A DNA stretch of 61,742 nucleotides, taken from contig JABIGM010000027.1 in NCBI GenBank assembly GCA_018650165.1, positions 1 through 61,742 of the forward strand, read 5' to 3'. Made by a program: the position numbers and the translations under genes. This DNA comes from Methanobacteriota archaeon. GTDB lineage: Archaea; Thermoplasmatota; Poseidoniia; Poseidoniales; Poseidoniaceae. Below, piece by piece: positions 8,375-17,600 of the stretch. A model generated the notes under the pieces. It was not told where the DNA came from, did not search any database, and saw only the letters and a program-made list of their open reading frames with translations. Within the stretch, counting starts at the first letter, position 1. Each line of letters starts with the position of its first letter.

Positions 8375-9198
8375 ATATGGAAATTATCGAGGGCCCTTTT
8401 GGTCTTCGTTTTTTTAAAGTTGAAGATTCTTCTGTTTTTTTGGGTACCGATAAAGGCGGTTGGGTTTATGCAAACGAAAGGCCCCGTCATCGTGTCTCTT
8501 TGCCATCCTTTCTAATTCTTGAAAAACCGATTACAAACTCTCAATTCGCAGAAATAATGGGTGATACGGCGGATTCCAATGAGCCAAAAGATATGGTGAC
8601 TAATGAAATAATTGCGGAACTTTGTGAAGAACTTTCAAAGCAATTCGAAGGAGATGTGCGAAGGCCTACCCAGTCTGAATGGGAGGTTGCTAAAGAGCAC
8701 CTTATCCTTCCTTGTGGTTGGACTGAACTACTTGCTGATGAGGCAACTGGTAACCATAGAGGGGCGCCGCTAGACGGTAGACCGCGGATTGGAGAAATGA
8801 TTGGGCCGCTTTCGGGACACCGTATTTCCCAATCAGCGCACCCCACTCGCGAAGGGATTTATTCCCGTATCGCATCGCCAGGAGATAGGCCACTACCCAA
8901 AGTTGGTTTCAGGCTAGTAGTATCTCCTAAACGCGAAGGCGAGGCTGCAAGAGTTCCCAACAATGCTAACCTTTCAGCAAATATCAGAAGTGAAATATTC
9001 TGGACTAGTGTGCTGGGAATTGTTCCAAGTTTCACTATTCCGATTCTCAGAGGATTCGGTTCTTATGCAACTGAAGGGTGGGTAAATCTTCTGTTTGGTG
9101 GCTTGTGTGCTGGTTTCTTAACCGGGGCGTTTTGGCGCCCAAGAAGGCCCACTTGGGACTTGGATTCCAATAATGAAGTCATTCGTTTGAAAGACTAG
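8371..9198 (+). CDS. Degenerate FGE/SUMF1-like domain with C-terminal TM helices
   Basis: ERPRHRVSLPSFLILEKPITNSQF, VRRPTQSEWE and VGFRLV, followed by two hydrophobic helices. The GTG start overlaps the upstream TGA. Confidence 0.62.
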   Translation: MNMEIIEGPFGLRFFKVEDSSVFLGTDKGGWVYANERPRHRVSLPSFLILEKPITNSQFAEIMGDTADSNEPKDMVTNEIIAELCEELSKQFEGDVRRPTQSEWEVAKEHLILPCGWTELLADEATGNHRGAPLDGRPRIGEMIGPLSGHRISQSAHPTREGIYSRIASPGDRPLPKVGFRLVVSPKREGEAARVPNNANLSANIRSEIFWTSVLGIVPSFTIPILRGFGSYATEGWVNLLFGGLCAGFLTGAFWRPRRPTWDLDSNNEVIRLKD

Positions 9199-11488
9199 TC
9201 CAATATGATTCTTGACGAATTGCATCAAGTGCGCAAATTGCCGCCATATTGACAATGTGACGTACGCCATCAGCTCTCGCAAGAAGTTGAACTGGCTTGT
9301 CTAATCCGTCTAAAATCGGGCCTGTCATTTCAGCGTCACCTAATTGCTCTAGCAACTTGTAAGCAATATTAGCCGAGGCTAGATTTGGACAAATCAATAC
9401 ATTTGCTGGGCCGTCAAAGGTCATGAAGGGATACTCTGATTGGACCTCTGAGTCGAGTGCTGTGTCTGCCTGCATCGGCCCATCTATCTTCAGCGTAGGG
9501 TCCATGTCTCTAGCCAAATCCACAGCATCTTCTATTCTTTCAGAACGCTGTGCGCGGCTACTTCCGAAATTAGAAAAAGAGAGCATAGCTACTTTCGGTT
9601 CAATACCGAATCTTCGAGCAACTTTTGCTGTTTGGACCGCTATGTCTGCTAAGGTTTTACTGTCCGGGTAGACATTTACTGTTGCGTCGCCAAGGAAGAT
9701 TAGTCGCCCCTTAACGGCCATCATGTAACACCCAATTGCACAATGACTGTCTTCATCGCTGCCAATTATTTCAAGGCAGGGCCTCAACACATCGGCATAA
9801 TTTCTACTGACTCCTCCTAAGAATCCATCAGCATCTCCAACATCGACCATTTGTGCGGCGAAATATGGACGGCTCTTCAGCAAGCGTTGTGCATCGATCA
9901 TCGTCATTCCTTTTCGACTGCGTTTCTTCAATAATTTAACGTCATAGTTTCCGATTCTTCTTTCATCATATCGCGGATTGGTTATTTCACATTCGAATTC
10001 AATATTCAATTCTACCATCTTTTCTCGGATACTTTCTACATTCCCAAGAAGAATGGGTTTGCAAATTCCTTGCTCAATGCATTGGGCTGCTGCCCTGATG
10101 ACTTTCTCATGGTCTCCTTCGGGGAAAACTATTTTCTTCCCCCGGTTCTTTACTTGATTGAATACTCCCCTCATTACTGAATAAGACATTCCCAACCTTG
10201 CTTCGAGGGATTCTTTGTATGCTTGTTTATCAAAATCCTCGGGCTTGATTGCAGATATTCCTTCATTCACGGCGGCTTCTGCAACATCTGCTGCTTCCCA
10301 AATAAGTACACGACGGTCGAATGGTTTTGGAATAATATATTCTGGTCCATACTGCATTGATTCGCCGGAATAAGCATGCGAGATATAATCTGGAACTGGT
10401 TCCTTGGCTAGGGCTGCAAGTGCTTGTGTAGCGGCCATTTTCATTCCAGTAGTAATGTCTCTTGCTCTTACATCAAGGGCTCCACGGAATATATATGGGA
10501 ATCCCAATACGTTGTTGACCTGATTTGGGAAATCAGACCGCCCGGTTGCAATAATTGCATCTGAGCGAACCTCGAGCACTTCATGGGGCATGATTTCAGG
10601 CGTTGGATTTGCTAGAGCAAAAATGATCGGTTTTGGCGCCATCTTAGCAACCATCTCACCGTTGACTAAGCCGCCTCTAGAAAGCCCGAGTAATACGTCT
10701 GCTCCAACCAATGCGTCTGCTAAATTCCCTTCATCCCTATCTGCTGCGAATGCTGCTTTGAATTCATTTAATTCTCCATCAGCAAGACGCTTTTTTGTCA
10801 TGATTCCTTGAGAATCACACATCAAAATATTTTCTCGCTTAACTCCTAGGGCAATGTAGTGATTGGCACATGCAATTGCAGACGCACCTGCGCCCGCTAC
10901 TACAACTTTGATTTTAGCCAAGTCTTTTTCTTGTAATTCGGCAGCGTTTAGTAAAGCAGCGCCAGAAATAATTGCTGTACCGTGTTGGTCATCATGCATT
11001 ACGGGGATATTGGTGGCCTCGGCTATTCTTCTCTCAATTTCAAAGCATTCTGGTGCTTTAATATCTTCAAGATTAATCCCCCCAAAGGTGGGCGCAATAT
11101 TACAAACGGTTTTGATAAATTCTTCTGGATCTTCAGTATCTACCTGAATATCAAAAACATCGATATCTGCAAACGCTTTGAGTAACAAGCCCTTCCCTTC
11201 CATAACTGGTTTTGATGCGATTGCTCCGATATTACCCAGCCCTAAAACCGCTGTACCGTTAGAGATCACAGCAACTAAGTTGCCCTTTGATGTATATCGA
11301 TAAGCATCTTCTGGGTTTTCTGCGATTTCTAAACATGGATAGGCGACTCCAGGAGAATATGCAAGAGATAATTCGTGTGCAGTAGAATGAGGTTTTGTTG
11401 GCATTACCTTGATCTTTCCTCGCGGCGCTGCCTCGTGGTAATCTAGAGCCTCTTTTTTGATGGTGCGTTCTCGCCAGTCTTCATCCAT
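9179..11488 (-). CDS. maeB: NADP-dependent malic enzyme with phosphotransacetylase-like domain
   Basis: [56 protein letters not shown] and [12 protein letters not shown], then the PTA domain ([24 protein letters not shown]). Confidence 0.96.
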   Translation of the reverse strand: MDEDWRERTIKKEALDYHEAAPRGKIKVMPTKPHSTAHELSLAYSPGVAYPCLEIAENPEDAYRYTSKGNLVAVISNGTAVLGLGNIGAIASKPVMEGKGLLLKAFADIDVFDIQVDTEDPEEFIKTVCNIAPTFGGINLEDIKAPECFEIERRIAEATNIPVMHDDQHGTAIISGAALLNAAELQEKDLAKIKVVVAGAGASAIACANHYIALGVKRENILMCDSQGIMTKKRLADGELNEFKAAFAADRDEGNLADALVGADVLLGLSRGGLVNGEMVAKMAPKPIIFALANPTPEIMPHEVLEVRSDAIIATGRSDFPNQVNNVLGFPYIFRGALDVRARDITTGMKMAATQALAALAKEPVPDYISHAYSGESMQYGPEYIIPKPFDRRVLIWEAADVAEAAVNEGISAIKPEDFDKQAYKESLEARLGMSYSVMRGVFNQVKNRGKKIVFPEGDHEKVIRAAAQCIEQGICKPILLGNVESIREKMVELNIEFECEITNPRYDERRIGNYDVKLLKKRSRKGMTMIDAQRLLKSRPYFAAQMVDVGDADGFLGGVSRNYADVLRPCLEIIGSDEDSHCAIGCYMMAVKGRLIFLGDATVNVYPDSKTLADIAVQTAKVARRFGIEPKVAMLSFSNFGSSRAQRSERIEDAVDLARDMDPTLKIDGPMQADTALDSEVQSEYPFMTFDGPANVLICPNLASANIAYKLLEQLGDAEMTGPILDGLDKPVQLLARADGVRHIVNMAAICALDAIRQESYWTSLSNE

Positions 11489-11667
11489 GGTATCGCCTCT
11501 AAAATGCTTCTCGGATGCATATCATGTTTGACCTTTGTGTGGAAAGAATTCAATTCAATAGCGGATGCAGACCTTTTCAAAAACACGGAAAACGCCAACT
11601 AAGTGTTGAATTACAACTCTAACAGGAGTGCATTCGCTTGATATACCATTGCAGACGGCTGTCCTCC

Positions 11668-14600
11668 ATGAACAATCTAAACAGGGCCTTAGGCCCTGCG
11701 AAAGCAGCCCCTCGCGCATTCTTTCTCGTGGCTGTGATGATTTTGGCTTCAATGGGCCCGATTCTATCTTCACCACTAGTAAGTGCGCATGATTCTGCAA
11801 ACGGTACAATTTGGCCAAAAACAGGCTCTGAAGATACAGGCTGGGTATTGCTAAATGCCACAGGTGCTGATGCAATGAATGGAACTCAGGCTTATGCGGA
11901 TTGGTTACTCAACTTTGCACCAGGGGCAACTCTAGAAAATGTTTCACTGGAAATTAGAGCCGATGGTTCAAATGGAGTTTCCATTCAACAACCACTTCTT
12001 CTTTCACCCGATACTGGCCAAGTATTGTTTGATTGGAGAGGGAACGGCTGGTTGGGTCAAACTTTTGGATTCGATGCAAACAATCCTCACCAAGGAAGGC
12101 TCTCGACTAATGCTGATGTAGGGGCAACTGTGACTCTACCATCGGGTTCTGAGATTACTGATTTCATTCTCGAAGTTCTTGCGCCTGCCGATCCGTTTAC
12201 TTCTCTTGAGCCAGTTCAACTTTACATTAGAGATTATGAAATCCACCCAGTTGATGGAAGAATGTATATGGCAATTGGAAGTTACATCCTAATTCTAGAT
12301 GCGAACTCTTCACCGAATATTATTGATTTATTCCAAATTAAAAATTCTGAAAATGATAACTACGTTACTGATTTAGAAATGGATGTGGCCAATAATCAAA
12401 TGTTAGTCACTACTGCAACAGGGGTGCTTCTATCTGTTAATTTAGCAGATACAAGTTGGAATGCAGACTTACCAATGGAACCTTCCGGTGGCGCATGGAG
12501 TCAAGCACATGTTGCAAGTAACGGAGATATGTTTGCTTTCAGTCAAGCTGGTATTTTTACATTAAATTCAGCAGGAACGGGATGGACCCTTGAACAAGCA
12601 AGTGGAACTACAAATTGGCCTTCTGGTGACCCGTGGAATACGCTTGAACACAACGGAATAATCTATTCTTCATTACTTGGAGGAGGGGTTGGAAGATGGG
12701 ACGTTTCAACAATGACCCCGTTATCCCCTTGGAGTACTGCAAATAATTTACATTCAGATTACATTAGTGGTTTCTTAGTTGCCGGTAACCAGTTGCTAAT
12801 CTCTTCTTTTGATGCAGGAATTGCACGCAGGGACCTTTCGGGTAACTTTTGGCTTGCAACGTGGAATAGTGGTAATTGGCTATCTTCAGATGCAGTAAAG
12901 GGGATGACATTTGTCAACAACCAAATACAAATTTTAACGGCGGATACTGTCCATGTATACAATACCAATTCAGGTACATTCGCATCATCGACTTCACTAT
13001 CTTCAATCGGGCAGGTCAATGAAGGACAAAATATCCTGTATTGGCCATCTTCTGGCTCAAGAAGTCCGGTCAATGATACTGTATTGGTAACTGACGGGAG
13101 CGCCATTCTGGCAATGCTTGAACCAGGAAGTACTCCGCTATACACTGGAGATTTAGTAATTGGAAGCGGCCCTAATTCCGGCGATATGCATGATGCTATG
13201 CAATTTAACGGGATCATATATGTGGGCAGTGATTCATACCTTGATAGGTATTCAATCAGCCAAGCAAGGTGGCTTTCTCCAGTCGACATGGGGGGTGCTA
13301 TCTCTCAAATTGTAAATGATGGTGTCAACGTTTTGGTCGGAACTCTCGGTAGTGGAATTCACGTGGTTGATTCGCAAGGAAACGTGTTAGATACGTGGGA
13401 TACTGCAGATGGCCTACAATCAGATGATGTCTCTGGCTTGGACGCCGAAGGTGATTGGGTAGTTGCTATCCACCCGCAAGATGGTGCTTCTGCATTTAAT
13501 CAATCCTTGACCACTTCTATGGCTAATCTTAACGAAGGAAATAGTGACCTCGATAGTGATTCACCAACTGGCGTAGCCATCCACAATGGGGTTGCATATA
13601 TCGGAACTACTGATGATGGTCTCAACCGATATATTATCGCAAACGATACTTTCCTTGGTTCTTGGGTTTCAACTGGAATAAATGATGTTGACTTCGCCCC
13701 GGTTGCTGTATATGGGACAAATCCACAGATATTGCACATGGGATTGCCAGGGTATGGGGTTGCAAGAAAAGATCTCTCTACTGGAGAAATCCTGATTCCT
13801 CTTACTGTGACGCCTGACAGAGGCACACCTAGTGCTACGGAAATACTTCCTAGTAACCAAGTATACGCATTAGCAGAAAATACTGTTACGGGGGGATTAT
13901 TCATTGGAACTGGAAATGGCGCAGTGGTTTGGAACGGTAATTCGGCTACTGAACTAACCGAAGGAAGTACTTGGAATCTACAACCATCGCAGCATTTCGA
14001 CTTCGCATTCGATGGCTCAACAGCATATTCGGCCACAAATATTGGTGTTTGTAAATATACTCAAACCTCAATCCAAGATTGTCAAAATGCCCAAGATGGC
14101 ATGCCAAATTGGGGAGTATATGCTGTTGGTATTAACAGCACAACTATCTTTGGCGGTACAACAAGTGGTGTTGGCTTGATTGACAAATCCACATTCTCCG
14201 TAACTGGAACTTGGGAAGCCGGTGAAGAAACTGAAAATGCATTGGTCGTCGTAATCGACGATGTCGCATATATCGGACTAAATGGAATTGGAGTTGCTCG
14301 ATATGATATTCCGAACAATAACTGGCTTACCACATGGGACCAAACCAATTTACTCGACGCTGGAAATGAAGACGTTACTGGATTGGTTGCTGATTTCAGA
14401 CCAGACCATCTCTGGGTTGGCGGGGGCGACGGTTTCCAATTAATCAATGTCACAAGCGGTACAGAAACCTATGACATCGAGAAAAATGATGCATTGTATT
14501 CAGGCAATGGGGACCCTTACGATCTAGCGATTTATGGTGATACTTTGTACTATCACCAACAATATTCCTCCGACAGCGTATACAGAATAGATATCGCAAA

Positions 14601-17600
14601 TTTCACTGCTAAGTCTGAACTTGATGCAGGTGCACAAGTAGATGAAAATGGTGGCGACGTATATGGCTTGGAAATCATTGGAGATGTGTTACATGTATCT
14701 GTAGCAAGTGGACAATGGTGGAACACACAAGGCAGTGGCGGTATTGGATTATACAACCTAACTACTGATTCCTGGCAAGCTGAATTAATGCCTAGTGGGT
14801 CTGTTAACAGAGTTACTTCGTTCATCTCATCTACGGGCACAACATGGGTTTCTTGGGGAGAATCGAAACTAGAAGCATTTGCTGCAAACGGTAGCAAACT
14901 GGGAGAGTGGGATTCTTTGGAATTCCCAATTCGTGAAATTGTTGAATTTAATGGCGAGATTTTGTTCGCAACGGAGGATGGTGTTGCGCGCTATGATGAA
15001 AATACTTCTTCCTGGTTAACTACTTGGACACCCGGCTCTGGATTACCTAATTCTGCAGATGATGCTGTCTATGAATTGTGGACAAATGGAACCGACCTTG
15101 TTGTTGGAACTGCTAGAACACAAGGCTGGAATGGAGTTAATGGTGAAATCTTGCATCTTGATGCGGCTGGTGCCTGGACTTCATGGGATACTGGGTCCAA
15201 TGGAATCCCGAACGGATATCCGATTGGAATGGTAATGTGTGCAGGTATATTCCATGTTGCAATTACTGCAAATAATGGCGGTGTTGCACGATTCGATTTA
15301 GCAAATGGAACTATTGAGACCTCCTTCACATCGCAAAGACTCGATGATGGAGATGCGGCTGCAGTTGCGTGTGATGATTCTAGTGACATCCTCTATGTAG
15401 GATACTATGATGACCAAGAGCCAATTTCGCGATTCGATTACAATAATGACCAATGGTTGTCATCGTTGTCCACTGCTTCTCACAATATTCCAAGTGACCC
15501 TGTTTGGTGGGGAGCGATGGAATTCGCAGGCGGTAAATTGGCAATTGGATATGATATTGGAACTCAAGGTTCCAATGTAATTGGTGGAGGTTATGTTCTA
15601 CTCTCGGCCAATGGTGCGACTGTTGGAGCCGCTAGTATACTTTCAACTGGTTCAGCTGTTTCATCTATCGATTGGCTGGGAACCCAATGGCTAATTGGAC
15701 AGGCAGGAGGTACTTCCGGGTATTCTCATGTTGACACATTAGGTCAACTAGGTCAAAATACAATTCATGCTCTTCCGAACTTGGTTAGTGGACAAGTAAC
15801 TTCGATGGCTGGTAATCAAACCCATATCTGGGTTGCATCTGCTTCTTGGCAAAATACTGGCTCTGGGGTTCTACAAGGACTCAGGCTCTCCAATGGCTCA
15901 GTTGAGTGGCAGAAGGGATGGACAATCCCTGCGAACGCTGCAGTTACCGACATTCAGTTAGTTGGAACTGACCTTTACCTTGCAAGTAACAATCGTGGTT
16001 TGCGATTGCTTGATACACTAACTGGAACACTACAGCCGCTGCCTACGGGAATTCATAATTTCCAAGATGGTCTGGCATTAGTTGGCGATGATCTATTCAT
16101 CGGATTACAAGGCTCGGGGACTTCTTCGGCTGGAATTCAAGTTTTCAATACAACAACGAATTCCTACACTGCTGGAAGGCTACTTGCTGGTCTTCCTTCT
16201 AACAATATCAATGGATTCCTAACTGTTACCTCGAATACACCTGGTGGCCAAAATATGGTCTACATTGCTACGAATAATGGAGTTGGCCGTTGGAATGCTA
16301 CAGGAAGTACTTGGGAAACTGCTTGGACTGCACTAGATGGATTACCAATCTCGTATGTCGAGGACATCATAGATTATGATAATAAAATCTGGATGGCGAC
16401 TCCAAATGGCGTATCTATGTATGATTCATCTACTGCGTCTTTCACAACATTCACGCCTGCTAACGGTTTGATGGGTACTTCATCATGGAGTTTGGTTGGA
16501 AGTACTACTGTTTCGAATACTGGTGGCGTAACTCAAACACAACAAAGCTTGTTCATTGCTCATGACGGTAGGGGCACTGATAGACCAGGAATTACTCAAA
16601 TGAATACAGTAAACCAATCTGTAATTGCTCAACACCAATTTGACCAGTTGCCGTCTAATATGGTCACTGCTGTAACTGCTGACATGTGGGGAGTCCACAT
16701 TGCAACAGATATTGGGCCCCTAGTGCATTGGGTAAGAAGTACTGGTCAATTCAATTCAGGTTCTAATGTCTTCACGATGGAAGATTGGCCTGTATACAGT
16801 ATGCGCTCTGATGGCTCATACCTTATTGCAGTAGGAGAAAATGGAGCCACTGTCATTCAGGCTGGGCTCAATGGGAATTCAATTGTTGGGCGATATGCCG
16901 CTTCTGATTCAACTGGTGGTAGCGTGATTTCTAATTCATATGTTGTGGTTTCAACTGCAAATGGTTTGAAAATTTGGACACTTAACACCGGTGATGAATT
17001 AGAACCTACGACTCTGCGTAGAGCCGACCCGTTGTCACTTGGTTTCCAATTACAATTCCAAGATGTATCCAATTATACTCATCCTGGAATGCAGGTTGCA
17101 CTCGTCGATTCTAACAATAGCGTAACCTTGGGCGCAGATGGAACATCTGGAGCACATGGAATACTAATGCAAAATGCACCACTTACATTCTCTTCACCGA
17201 TAAGTGGGGCTGCAACTTGGGCTAAATTAGTAGACCTGAAATGGAATGCTACGGTCAATCTATCCGAGGACCCGACATTCATTACAAGCATGCAATATGT
17301 AATTGACAATGGCGTCTTGCTCAATGGAACTCGCCATGTAAATCTCCGTGTCAATTCTCCATCCAATGGTAGCATGTGGGTCAAACTGACCTATGACTGG
17401 TTTAGGACCGAAACTCCGATTCAGGGTCTTTCTCTTTGGGATAGGCCGGATGATGGCGGTTCCACATTAATGGCAAATTGGACACTGGTTCATGACGACG
17501 ATTTCTCAAGATATTTGGTATACCTCAATGAAGGGCCATGGGCTTCACAACCAACTGCTGCAGACCTTCAACCCCGTTCACCAGATGCATCTGTAAGCCT

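Noticed and set aside
11489-11667. tRNA or structured ncRNA in the larger intergenic gaps (also 32579-32676 and 60148-60403)
   Set aside because: No cloverleaf, T-loop (GTTCRA) context or extended stems were found by eye. A covariance-model search could still be run.
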